This document shows positions 1-13,126 of a stretch of DNA of 64,000 nucleotides, piece after piece (position 1 is the first letter of the stretch; each line of letters starts with the position of its first letter). The stretch lies in the NCBI GenBank assembly GCA_033442325.1, contig JAWQFM010000010.1:1189455-1253454 (forward strand). Direction: 5' to 3'. The stretch comes from Salpingoeca rosetta. Taxonomy: Eukaryota; Protista; Choanoflagellata. A program made the position numbers and the translations under genes. The notes under the pieces are model-generated. The model was not told the DNA's origin. It saw only the letters and a list, made by a program, of their open reading frames with translations, and did no database searches.

Positions 1-57
1 CACATACACGTATTCATTCACTCACACACACACACACATTGATTCATTCACTCACTG

Positions 58-117
<60 letters not shown>

Positions 118-174
118 ATTCATTCACCCACACACGCACACACAAATATACGCACTCACACTCGCGTCCTTTAG

Positions 175-3100
175 GGGGAAGCCTTCGTGTGGTGTTGGAG
201 CGCGTGATTCAGCGTGAAAACGCAAGTGTGGAGGCAGCAGTGTCAGGGCAGCAGGACACATACACCTTCTTTGCAGCTTCGAATGATGATCCCCCACAGC
301 AATTTACGTGGGCCACAGGCATCAAGCCAGAGGTGCGTGCCTTTCTTTGTGTTTCCGATGGGCTGGCAAGTGCGACTCGAGTCTTCATTGGTGTTGCTTT
401 TAAATGATCACCTCACACATTCACACAACACCAAACACACACCAAACACACACACACACACACATAACACAGGATGCAGTGTCATTGCGAATCAGGGATA
501 GCTCGACGCAACCAGCAGCACAGGTGAATCAGTGCAATGCTCCAAGCTCCACATGCCATATGCCACACACACATATACACATACGTACACACGCGCGCAT
601 ACACACACACACATACGTACACACACGCGCGCATACACAGCACCGCCCTTGTGTGCTTACGCCTGTTTGCTGTGTCACCTCTCTGGTTGTTGCAGGCCAC
701 GGCGCAGGCATCGCCACCGCGGCTGTGGTCCATCACTGTGCCCGACTGGAACGAAACCGTCAACCTCCGGCTTCACTACACACCATGTGAGTGGCCGCAA
801 GCGCACATTGTCGCGAGCATCGTGAATGTATTTGCTGTGGGAATAGCACGCAAGATGCACATCTATCATGCCTGCAGCTTACAACGAAACACACACACAC
901 ACACACACACTCACACACACCATCACGCACCCCAGATAACCCGTGCTCGAACGCGTCCGCGACGCCGTGCACCACGCCACCAAACACGACGTGTGTGTTT
1001 GAGGGCGTGGACGGCGCGTACGCATGTCAGCCACCGTCACCTCTCACGGACACCAACAACAACGGCACCAACAACAACCCTGACCCATCATCACCACCAT
1101 CATCATCATCGTCGTCGTCGTCGTCGTCGGTGTCTGCGTCGGGGGCCGTGACGCCGAGCACGGCTGCGCTGACGCCTGTTGACCTCAACTACGAGACGCT
1201 CACGGAAGACCAGCCGCGGTTGGAGACCCAGACCATCATCATTGTTGGCTTCATCTCCATCCTCATCGCCGTGCCGCTGGTGGTGGTCTTCCTCCTCCTG
1301 CGCAGCCGCAAACTGGACAATGCCGCCCGCTCCCGCTCGTCGTCGCGTGCACGCCACCGACGCCGCTCACAGGGCAGCGGCAGCTCCGACATGCGCACGC
1401 GCCGCAACGCCGTGTCCACCCACATCACTCCGACACCCTCCACCGTCCGCGCGACACACAAACGCGCAGGCAGCATCCTCGCGCCCCTCATCCCACGCGG
1501 CGCTGGCAGGGGTGGGGGCGGCCCAACGCAGGGGGAGCAGCTCGCCGCGAGTGACGTTGGCAGCGCAGATATGAGCACGGCGTCGGTTGCGTCGCCGCTG
1601 CCACCAATGGTGCACGTGCGAGACATGCACGCGGACCCGAAGAGCCACGAGTACAAGGAGTATGTTCGCATGCAGAAGCGCATCAACAGCCGCCGACACG
1701 ACCCGGATGGTGATGGTGACGGCGACAGCGGCGGTGTTAAGGACGAGTACAGGGACATCTACGTTGCTGATGCGTATCATCGCAGTGACGGCCCCAGCAG
1801 CAGCGGGAACAGCAAGAGCAACAGCGGGCGTGCAAGCAGCTCGGCAGCAACAGCAGGGATCGGTGATGCGCTGCTCTCGCTTGTTGATCCGCCCAGCCCT
1901 GGGTCAACCACAAGCATGGACGCGGCACTCGACACAATCAACTCGCCACTGCCGCGCCGCCTGGACGACATGGATGAGGTCATCATCTCCATGCAAGGAC
2001 AGGAGCGGACGCACAGTCCGATGACTGCACCCTCGGACCAGCTGCTCACGTCACCGCCCCCGCAGCACCAGCCCCGAGGCAGCAACGCGCGCAGGGGCAC
2101 GCAGCCCTTGCGAAGACAGAGCAACCCAACAACAGCAACGGCAGGAGCTGCTGCAACGGGCGTGGTCCAGGCAGGGGTCGCGTCGACGTCATCAAGGACC
2201 GCACCACCGCGGCGGTCATCATCCCCACCCACACTCATTTCGCGTCGTCCCACGTCGCATGATGCCACGACTGTCGCCCCAAATCGCCCCACCGCAACCA
2301 CCAACAGCAACACCAGCAGCACTAGCAACACCAACACCAACCCCAACACCAACATTAACAGCAGCAATGAGGACAATGAGGATGACGTTGCGCATGAGGA
2401 CGGAGTGACATCGGGGAGTCTGCTTGACCACTCGCCACCACCAGCGCTGTCCGCGCGGCGGCAGTACCCGGTCACCAACAGCGGCGACCGCCCTGCGCAC
2501 CCAGCACGGGAGCAGGTCGAGGATGGTGATGGCGATGATGGAGGGGTGGTGCCGGCGTCGTCTTTGGCCGTCGCTGACACGGCGCAACCGCAACAACAGC
2601 AGAAGCAGCAGAAGCAACAGCAGAAGCAGCAGAAGCAGAAGCAACAGCAGCGGCAAGAGGAGCCGGCTTCCCCATCACAGCTGCAGTCTTCCCTGATGCA
2701 GGCGCTGACACGCGCGCAGATGCGACGCGTGGAGGTGAGCGGGAGCAAGCTAACGCCACGCGCGGGGCGGCACCGCAGCCCGAGCAAGCGAACAGCACCG
2801 CAGCGACGGCAGTCCACCACAGCTGTTGTTAGCGGTGATGGGGACAGGTCGTCCGTGGCCTCATCGTCGTCATCATCGTCATCATCATCATCCTCATCGG
2901 CTGCCACAGCTGCAAAGGCAAAGGCAAGGGCAGCGATTGCTGCAGCAACAACGGCCAGACCTGCTGCGACCAAGGCCAACATGCGTGTGCTGACAAGCGA
3001 GCGGGTGCGTTCTGCCTCTGATCCGCTGTCGCCGGGAAAGCGAACACGCCCAGCTGCGGCCTCGTCGTCGTCATCACGAAGACAGGACAGACCACGCGGC

Positions 3101-3535
3101 ACGCCACGCAAGCTGCCCACGCCGACCAGGCTCAACACCAGCAGCACCAGCAACAACAGCGCGCGTGCGGCCAAGGGTGGAGATGGTGGGGGCGATGGTT
3201 GTGAGCAGAGCGTGCTGTCAACCTCGCGTGGTGAGGCAGGGGCGAGCGCAGCAGACGGTGTGGCGACAACCACTGGCGGGGAGGGCGGGCGCCCAAAGCT
3301 GAGCCCCATTGGCACCGTGTTCCGCTGCAAAGACGCGGGTGTGCGGCTGGTGATTGAGGAGCCGTCTGAGAGCGTCCTGCGCACGTCGTCGATGCTGTCA
3401 CGCCACCGCCGCGCCACGATGGACACGGCGCAGCTCGCCCACCACCACCGCCCTCACCACCACGGTGATGTCGACGGTGGTGACCAGGGTGGTGACGACT
3501 TGCACTCGGGATCAGACAGCGAGATTGACCTGTAG
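175..3535 (+). CDS. Single-pass type I membrane protein, 5' end outside the window, with a Cys-rich (EGF-like) juxtamembrane module and a ~740-aa low-complexity cytoplasmic tail
   Basis: Phase-compatible exons 175-332, 473-523, 696-786 and 936-3535 with GT-AG boundaries. Shows YNPCSNASATPCTTPPNTTCVFEGVDGAYAC, then an S/T-rich stalk, then TM segment TIIIVGFISILIAVPLVVVFLLL followed by basic RSRK. Stop at 3533-3535. Confidence 0.75.
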
Positions 3536-4116
3536 CAACAGTTGTTTTGGTTTCCTTTTGGGTGGTAGTGGTGTGTGTGACTGTGAGAGAGAGTGTGTGT
3601 GTGAGTGAGTGTGTGAGTGTGTGAGTGAGTGTGTGAGTGTGTGTGAGTGAGTGAGAGAGTGTGTGATTGTGTGTGTGTGTGTGTGTGGCTTGGTAGCGGG
3701 CATAGGTGATTGACACCGTAATTGATATCCTACATGATGTGACATGTATGTGTATGTGTATGTGTATGTGTATGTAGTTGTCTCGCTCTTGTTGCTTGTG
3801 CTGAGGATGTGCAGTGTTGCACCTGCAAGGGGTCATCTCACACCACCCTCGCTTCTTCTTCCTTCCTTGTCGATTCTTTTGATTAACTTTTTTTTTTCCA
3901 CCACACAGACACACACACACAGACACAGAGACACAGAGACACAGACACAGACACAGACACAGACACAGACACACAAGTCTTGCTTTGCTTGTAAATATAT
4001 TTTCATCAGCAGAGAGGAAGTCAACACCCCACAACTACACAAGCAAACACGCCACGACTGAATTCAGTCACATCCACGGCGCAGCAGTCCTTCGTTGAAC
4101 AACAAGAAGGAGGAAT

Positions 4117-5481
4117 ATGGAGGGCAACGTGTCGCGTGTGTTGGTGAAGGCGGAGCTGCGCAAGGCCATGAAACGCCTGCTCTCCGCCCTGTCTCAGGGA
4201 GAGAAGGCGTCTCAGTCAACCGTTGTCGCAAACAAGGTACGCGACACAGGTCGTGTGTGGTGTTTGTTCTTGAGTTCTGACGCGCCATCGCACTGGGACG
4301 CTTGAGGACATGTGCGATTTGCTTTGCTTCGCTATGCTTCGCTGTGCTTCGCTGTGCTTCGCTGTTATTTGCTTCGTGCGCACTGCGTGTGCAATGCATG
4401 TGCACAACAATGTGACCGCCGTCTTTGACACCACACCACTATTGCGACCCAGGTTGAAGCCTTGCCTGCTTTTCAGAACGCTCGACGAGTGGCGTTCTTT
4501 CTCAGCATGCCCGAAGAAGTGGACACGAACAGCATGCTCAAGGTGCACGCCTGCTCCGTTGTCTGCGTCGCCAGGAGGGTGCCAGCAATGTCCGCTTTCG
4601 TCCCAAGACCTCACTTTGGATTACATCGTGTTATTTGTCCTTTGTACTCGTAGACAGCGTTTGCGACTGGCAAGGAGTGCTTTGTGCCACGCTACACAAA
4701 GACGGACATGGAGATGTATCAGGTCAGTTGCAGTTTGTGTGCATGTGTTTGTGTTTGCGTGTGTGGGTGTGCGTTGATGTTCGTGTGCGTGCGTATGTAT
4801 GTGTGTTTGTGTGTTTGTGTGTTTGTGTGTGCATGGCCGTGACAGTGTGATATGTGATGCTGTCTTGCTCCCTATGCCTCTCAACGAGCAGGCTCATCTA
4901 TACGTTTGCGCCTCGTTCTGTTTTGTTATACTGTGCACAGGTGAGGGATCTGGACGACATTAAGACGCTGCCTCTAACCAAGTGGAACATCCCACAGCCC
5001 GAAGGTGTTGTTACCGTCATCCTCTGCATGGTGGCATTATGTGTCTGCTGTGTATTTCCTTGTGTGTGCATGTATGTACGTGCATCTGCTGCTGCTGCCT
5101 ATGTGAGCATATGTACGCGCTTGTGTGGTGTGCGTGTGGCATGTGAGCTTTTCTCTCCTCACCTTTTTGAGTTGTGACCTGTTGCGTCATGCAGACATTG
5201 ACGCGCGAAAGAGCGCCATGGATGCTGGTGGCCTGGATATGATTATCGTGCCTGGGCTCGCGTTTTCACGGGTATGCACACGCCACTTGCTCAGCACTGC
5301 ACTGGCCATTGACACTTCAAGCTCATCCCAGCTTTGTGCAAATGTGCGTGTATGTGTGCGAATGTGTGTGTGTGTGCATGTGCATATGTGTTGTTGGCAT
5401 GCTAGGACGGCGGGCGGCTTGGACGAGGCAAGGGCTACTACGACAAATACATTCAGAAGTGCAACGACTTTGCAGCTCAGA
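4117..5481 (+). CDS. MTHFS: 5-formyltetrahydrofolate cyclo-ligase (methenyl-THF synthetase); 3' end not resolved
   Basis: Exons 4117-4236, 4453-4542, 4654-4722, 4941-5004, 5195-5271 and 5406-5481 splice to KAELRKAMKRLL...FFLSMPEEVDT...CFVPRY...WNIPQP...[28 protein letters not shown], which are the family signature motifs. Confidence 0.92.
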
Positions 5482-5743
5482 GTGCGTTCCCATCACGGGA
5501 ATCACACCCCCTGTTGTACCCTGTCGCTGCTGTTGCTGTTGCTGCTGCTGGTGGTGTTGTTGTTGTGTGGTGTGGTGTGTATTGCACGCTGATGCGACAC
5601 AATGTCGCTTCCTTGCTTGTCTTGCCTGCTCATCTCCAAGCTGCGCTCATGTCACACACGCACACACACACACACACACAAACAAACAAACAAACAAATA
5701 CACAACAACAACAACAACAACAACAACAACACAAACAAACAAA

Positions 5744-5791
<48 letters not shown>

Positions 5792-5865
5792 GCCCGGAGT
5801 TGACATGGGACATGAACGGACGTTGGGGATGGTGCAGGAAGGTGTGTGTGGGTGGTCAGGCGTGA

Positions 5866-7033
5866 TTATGGCGAGTGCGGTTTCGTGTGGTTCTCGGGAA
5901 ACACGCCCTTTTGGCCCTGCTTGTTACGTCCAAACAGCCAGCCTTCCTCCTAGGGAACGTAAAGACCAGGCACACCGCGCCGTATGTTCGAGGCGTGCGA
6001 CAGTTGATGTGAGAAGCGCCACAAAGAGACAACAGTCATGTAACAACCACGACGCTGATCACACGCATGCAACCGCATACACGACAGCACGGCGCACTGC
6101 ACCGCAGTGCATGGCAGCACAAGACTGCGCTCAAGCCTAAGCAACGTCCACCAGCCACAACAGCAATCAAAGTCACCACAACAATCACAGTAGCACCATC
6201 AACAGTCACCACGCCAACTGGCCGCCGTCAGCAGCGCAGAACGCACCTCAAACTCCGGGTCCTCAAATTCAAGGACGTCAATGACGTCACCCTTGCGTAA
6301 TGTCAACTCGTCCTCGTCTTGTCCGTCGTACGGGTGTGTTGCAATGCGCACCTCAAGCACGTGCGCTGACGTGTCAGGCTCCGGTGCCTGGCGAATTGGG
6401 GTTGCGTGCGGTGGTGGTACAGAAATTGTAGCGATGAGATGGAAGAGAGGCAGGGGTGGGAATGGAGAATACGCACAGGCGAGCAGGCAGAGAAGCAGAC
6501 AAATGCAGACAAATGCACACAAGCCGGCCGACACACACACAGACGCACACACACAAAAAAAATGCACACACAAACGCACAAATAGGCAAATGCACACACA
6601 AATACACACACACACACACACGTACCGAATCGCTCTCTGGTGGCTCGGGCGCTGGGGTCATGAGCACTTCCGGTAGCGCCTGACAGGCGGTGGCACACGA
6701 AGGGCAGAGGTCATGCGTTGGCGTCAGCACACGGTGATGGCGGTGATGGTGGTAGGTGTCGGATGATGGCAACTGATATTCATATGCACAGAAGCGTAGC
6801 TAGGTTTCAATGGCACGCGTACACACTGCACACTGCGCCGTTGAAAACATATCCCTCGTATAGCACAACACAGACACAGACACAGACACAGACACAGACA
6901 CACAGACACAGACACACACACACACACACCTCTGTCGTGGTTTTGTGTGTCTCGTCCTCGGGTATCTGCTGAAAACGATATGTGTTGGAACAAGGTGGCA
7001 AGAAGGGAATGAATGCAACGAGATGGCGAACGA

Positions 7034-7071
<38 letters not shown>

Positions 7072-7652
7072 TACATGGAGCCATCTATACTTGACAAAAA
7101 CAGGCATGCCTCACCTGCTGCTGCTCTTGTGTTGTCGTCCTACTGCCATTCTCCTCATCATCATCATCATCGCCGTCGCCGTCACTGTCGCGCAACTGCT
7201 GATCTTCCAATTCATCACTCATCGGCCGAATCCTGAGTGTGTGAGCGAGCGAGTGAGTGTGTGAGTGAGTGTGTTCAGCATGTGTGACTCGAAGTGCGTG
7301 AGAAGCAATCGTCAAGGTTCCAACATCAAGAGCAAGAATAGGGCTGCCACCTCCGTTCCATAGCCCCCCCCCCCACCCTACCGACCTTGGTGCTTGTGCA
7401 CGTGACGGTACGTTATCCGCAACAGCATCCAGGTACTGCTGCAGTTCCCCGTGTACCTGGCATGGTGGCGGCGGTGATGGTGATGATGATGAAGCCTGGT
7501 GAGGGAGACTGAAAGCCTTGACACTCCAACTGAAACGGCACGGACAACACAGAGAGACAGACACACAAACAGACAGACAGACAGAGAGACAGACACACAA
7601 ACAGACAGACAGACAGAGAGACAGACAGACAGACACACAAACACACACACAC

Positions 7653-7721
<69 letters not shown>

Positions 7722-7730
7722 GAGACAGAC

Positions 7731-7773
<43 letters not shown>

Positions 7774-8057
7774 GAGACAGACAGACAGAGAGACAGACAG
7801 ACAGACAGACAGACACACAAACACACACACACACACACAAATACACACACACACACGCACACAATGCAGCAATCAGCCAGCAGCAGGACGCACCGACTGC
7901 GATGCGCCGTGGAAGACGGCCTCGCTGGTGAAATAGGAGTGCAGGACAGCGGCGTAGAACGGAACGCGGCTGTGGGCAACAGTGTGTGGATGGGTGGAAG
8001 GTGACACGGGTGAGACAAGCGGGCTCAGTCACTCTCACCCACATGCACATACACCCA

Positions 8058-8132
<75 letters not shown>

Positions 8133-10078
8133 CACACCACCCTAATGAAGACACATGCGCACCCTTGGTAGAAGGACGGGAGCATGTCGTGGCATTCGTG
8201 GTTGATGGACTCAAACTGGTGCTTTGCGTTCTCAAATGCGTCTTGTGCCTGCAGGCAATTAACGAGATGAATGCATATGTACCACAAGCACACGCACGTG
8301 CACCTCCCCCCCCCCACACACACACATACACACACGCACACACACACACTCCCCCCTCACACACCAACCAAGCAGCACTGCACCCCCCCCCCCCAACCTG
8401 TTGCGCCTTGTGGGTGCTTGTCTTCTCCTTTGCGTGGTCGAGGACGCGTTTTGCGTGCTCAAAGTCCAAGCACCGTCGGTCGCGCTTGGCAATCCGCGCC
8501 TTGATCACTGCACGCGTCGCAAACGTTGGCACGTGTGAGTTTGGCGTGCGTTGGTGTGAAGGCGCACGAGACGTGCGAGGGTAATGGGTGCTCCAAACAT
8601 GTACATGTACACACACGTGGGGCGTGTTGGCGCATGACAACACTGAAAAAAGAGCCTGGTGCATGAAAAGAGAACGTGGTGCATGAAGAGATGCCTCAAA
8701 CACAATCGCCACCACAAAAGAGGATGAAAATATGCGGCGAGGCGACCTGGGAACTGGGATGTGTACGAGCTGAGGGGTTCAAGCACTTCCTCCTGAAGTT
8801 TCTCCACGAGATCCATATAGATTTGCTCCAGCGTCTTCCCACGAGCAACACGGCAGTTTGGGCACCAGCGCATGCGCATGTGCGTGTCAGCATTGGGGAA
8901 TGGAGGCATGACATTCACAGGCAGGGAAACGACGATTGCAACCACAGTGTTGCGCAACACATACATGCACACATGCACACGCACACACACATGCACACAT
9001 GCATGCACACAGACAAACACACATGCACACGCACACAAACACATGCATGCACACAGACACATGTACACACGCACAGACACAGGCACATGCACACACAGAC
9101 ACACACACACACATGCACACACAGACACGTCCACGTCTCACCTCGATGGTGCTGTATGCCTCTTCGCTGTTGTCCCAATCGGGGTCGTAGACCGTCTTGA
9201 TGGCGTCCCCCAGGGAGCGGCTCGCAGCGGCCATGGCTGCCAAAGTGAATGGTTGAGGTGCAGTCAAATCATCATGACCACAGCAGCAGGTTCGTCAATG
9301 AGCACCCAGCCAAATCACCACCAGCTCACAGAAGGCGACAGCACGCTACGAGAGGGCATATGCACGTATTAGCCGCTGTCTTACTTCGCACTGCCTTGAT
9401 GTAGTTGCCGACCTCCTTGTGCAATCGCGTTGCATGCATCTGCAGCGTATGAAGCAAGCAAGGCAGCACAAGTTGCACACATCAGGCAAATGAAACCAAG
9501 GCAGTGCGCCACCAAGGCAATGTCTCGTCGTTAAGGCGACGCCTTGCCACCACCATGGACACTAACATGATCACAAGCACCAAACCATAACCACCCGCAT
9601 GATCGTGACCACCACCAGTGCTGTGCCAGCATCAACAAGATGGGGTTGGTTGCGCACCGCCTGGGCGTTGAAGTTGGCGACGTGCTCTGCAAACTCCTCG
9701 TCCTCCACATGCTCTGTTTTGCTCAGCTGTCAGGCACAGCCAGTTGACAGAGCGATTAAGACCATGCATTGAACCACGGGTGCTTCTCTCTCTCTCTCTC
9801 AAAGCACAGCACACGATGCTCAAAGCAAACGGTTCGCCCACATGACACGGTGCACATTCACACACACACACCCACACACATCCTCCAAAACGATGCCAAA
9901 GGGACATGCAAGCACGATCCTGGAGACGAAAGAGCAATCTCGCTCAAACAAAACAAACAAACAAACACCATAACCACTCCCGCTCACACGTACGCCCGCA
10001 CACCTTTTGTCTGATCTTCTCCTGCTGGCGCGTCAGTTGCTTCTTGGCAACCCGAAAGAAGCTCTTCTTCTCGCTCAT
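5866..10078 (-). CDS. BIN1: N-BAR + SH3 protein of the amphiphysin/BIN1 family
   Basis: N-BAR: [45 protein letters not shown]...[14 protein letters not shown]...VYDPDW...YTSQFP...[16 protein letters not shown]...RVPFYA. C-terminal SH3: [39 protein letters not shown]...KGVFPENHT. Last exon 5949-5866. About 12 exons. Confidence 0.9.
7550..7815. repeat. (AGAC)n/(AGAG) compound microsatellite in a BIN1 intron
   Basis: Directly visible tandem agac units. Confidence 0.95.
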
Positions 10079-10386
10079 CGTAGCGGGGGGTTTGGATGTG
10101 GATGTGGATGTGGATCGCGGGAGGCGTGGGTTGTGTTTGTGTGTGTGTGCATGGATCCAATCCAAGCCAGCCAAGTAAGCTCACTACAATTTATCATGTC
10201 GGCTATGAAACGACCACCAGCCAGCCAGCGTTGCGCCAGCCCACCATCCATCCCATCCATCCGTTGTGATGTGACTCGCTCCATGTCACATCACGAACAG
10301 GCTGACATACACACATACACACATGCACGCACGCACATACGCCAAGTCTCATCATGCCATGACATGCTCGCTGTCCATCCAGCAGT

Positions 10387-12398
10387 TCACTGGTCCTGTC
10401 TGGTGAGTTGGGTCTCTGCAAACCGAACAAGGTCAGCCAAGTTTGTGATGGGTCTGTCGTCATCGGCAAATGTGTCACGTCTCGCTACGCGTGGGGCCGA
10501 TGCCGCTAGTGTTGCAGATGGGGGTTGCGATCCTTCGCCTGCGCCTGTTCTCCCCGTGCTTCCTCTTCTACTTCCTCTTCGTGCGTGTGGTGCTGGGACG
10601 GAGTAGTGGAGTGAACGTGCAACGCCGAGCGAGTGCTGCGATTGCTGCTGCCGCTGCTGGTGATGGGTGTCGTGTGCCTGTGTCACTGTCCCGGCAGGAT
10701 GGTGACCGCCATGCAGTGCACCGGTGGAGTTCACAGACGAGGCGAGACTCTCCCCAGCCTCAGGCGGGTGGCGAGCGCGGGAAGCAAACTGCCATCGCCC
10801 CCTCATGCTCGCTTGTTCATGTTCTGACACAACCGTGGTTTCCAGCGCGGAAAGTCGAAGTGGGCTCACCATGACCACAGACTCCGGCTCACCGTCTTGC
10901 GGATTTCGTGGCTGCGACTGCTGGTGATGCTGGTTGTGCTGGTGTTGTGAGTGATAGGAGTGGTGGGGATGCATTGCTTGCTGGTGTGGCGCTGTCTCGT
11001 GCTGCTGATCGCCGTACCGAAGTGCTGTTGGTGTGTTTGGTGCGTGCGCCATGGTTGGCGGCGGCGGCCCTGTGACAAATGTTGACGTTGACGGAAGGTG
11101 TTCGTGGCTGGCTTGTGTTGGCTGAGGTGGCACAGATTGTTCACGCAAGTAGCGCACCCACAGGTTGTGGTGTGACAGTTCTGGTGGCAGCGTTGGCAGC
11201 GTTGGCACGTGGTGGGTGTCGGCAGCTCGAGGCTCACTTGTCCACACGTCGGTATCGTCATCATCACGAGCATGTTTCTCTCCCTCCTCCTCCTCTTCGC
11301 CTTCCACCTTATCCTCCCCAGACCCGTCCTCTTGTTCTTCCTCCTCCTCCTCCTCCTCCTCCTCCTCCTCCTCCTCCTCGTCGTGGTTGTCAGTGTTGTT
11401 GAAGCCACCACTCGTTCTGGCTCCAGGAGCTGCGCGTGCTGTGTTTGCTCGTTTGGACTGCCGAATAGGGTGTTGCTGCTGCTGCTGCTGCTGCTGCGTT
11501 TCTGTCGCATGTTCCTGTGCCCCTTTGGTCCTTGCCTCGGTTTGGGATTGCACAAGTTCGCACTGTATTCCCGTGTCCTCAAACCCCTGGTATTGCGTGC
11601 TCGCATCAACCATGACCTGTGCATCAAGCACACGCACATGCACAATTGGTTGGTTCTGAGGGGACAGGATGACCATCAAAGGGAGAGAAACAGGTGGGGG
11701 AGAGCGACAGTCGGGAAAGGGGAGAAACAACGAGAGCGCGTGCGTGTGCATGCGAGAGGCTCGAGGGAGAAGAAGGACGGGTGGCACAGGAAGAAGCAGT
11801 AGCTGTTGCTGCATGGCCAGTGATCCATCACCTTTGCCTCATCCTCTGCCCGTCTGTCGTTGACCGCCTTTGTGAGGACTGTGCACTGTTGTTCGGTGGC
11901 TTGAAGTCGGTCTCGCAGCATCTCAAGCTCCTGTGCGCACGAGTGTGTGTGTGTGTGTGTGTGGGTGGGTGTGTGTGTGTACGCGGGCAGACGATTAGGC
12001 GAGTGCAAACAGCTCGACCAAAGTCAAGGTGCAGGGTGCACCTCGTGGAGTGAGTAGCACACACGCATGGATGCCAGGCCAACCTGTTCCAGGTGTTGGT
12101 TGTGTTCGAGGAGTGCGCTGTTCTGTTCTTGAAGGTCAGCAACGGTTGTCTCGTGTGTCTTGACCATCTCTTGCCGGTTTTGATCTGGACAACGGGGGAA
12201 CAAGAGTGCACATGTGTTGCAGTTGTGAGGAGAGATGCTGGCTCGTCCATTTGCCACATGGGTAATGTAACAAGCTCAACACATCCGCACAGGGCGCAAG
12301 AAAGGGAGCGTTTGTGTCCGCCACGCTTACACGCACTCACACACACCCATGTACATGCACAGCATAGCGCATCAACAAACACATGCTCTCATACACAG

Positions 12399-12436
<38 letters not shown>

Positions 12437-13024
12437 GTATGAACAAAGTGCAACAGCAACCGAAGCACAAGCACCGTGCGGTTGCTTACTGAGTTCTGCC
12501 AGTTCTGCAATAAGCCGAGCGACGCGTCGCTTATCCCCGGGACACAAGTCGACAAAGGTGGCTGTCCCAGAGCGAAGGAGTGGGCCGTTTGCATCTTCCT
12601 CGTGTCCTTCCTCTTCAACATTGTGGCTGTCTTCACCAGCATCACGTCGTTTTGGCAGTGCTCTTCCGGCAATGCTGGGTGCTTTGGCGGTGTGCTGCTG
12701 AGGCTTTCCAATCCTCCCAGCTGCCTTTGCTTGTAACGCGTTGCTCGTGGCTGCTGCTGATGTGCTGCTGTTGTTGTTGGAGGCTGTTCGCAGCGTGGCG
12801 GTTGTGGTTGTGGTTGTGGTGGAGCCATGCCGTGCAGGGTTTTGGGGAAACAAGCGGTGTGACCCCGCCAGCCCTTGCACGCCACGCGGTCTTGCTTGTG
12901 CCTGTGCCTGATTCTGTGCATGTGTGCCACCGCCACTTCTTCCTCGCCGTGTACCATCGTCTCCTTCCTCTGCAGCCGCTTTCTTTGCTGCAGGCCACGA
13001 CCGCAGCGTCGCTGACCACTCCAT
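10387..13024 (-). CDS. KIAA1328: Hinderin/KIAA1328-like coiled-coil protein
   Basis: TFVDLCPGDKRRVARLIAELAELS matches the conserved hinderin motif (L.DLC.EDKRRIA.LI.ELA). Coiled-coil exons follow (DLQEQNSALLEHNQHLEQ; ELEMLRDRLQATEQQC), then a long low-complexity last exon (~11616-10387). Confidence 0.72.
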
Positions 13025-13055
13025 TGTTGTTGACCGTTGCTGGTTGTTGGTGTTT

Positions 13056-13072
13056 TTTCAAATTTGGCGGCA
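13056..13072 (-). promoter_or_regulatory. Putative composite E2F/CDE + CHR (DREAM-type) element upstream of the hinderin-like gene
   Basis: The minus strand reads GCCGCC-AAA-TTTGAA; the plus strand contains TTTGGCGG at 13063-13070. It lies about 35-45 nt upstream of the ATG. Confidence 0.45.
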
Positions 13073-13126
13073 CAAAACAAGGCAATGAAAGGGAAGGATG
13101 TGTGGTGGTGGTTGGTGTGCGAGCTC

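Noticed and set aside
1777-3426. 549-aa antisense ORF (likewise 37223-38575 and 45732-46694)
   Set aside because: These are shadow ORFs of GC-rich real exons on the opposite strand, with no motifs of their own.
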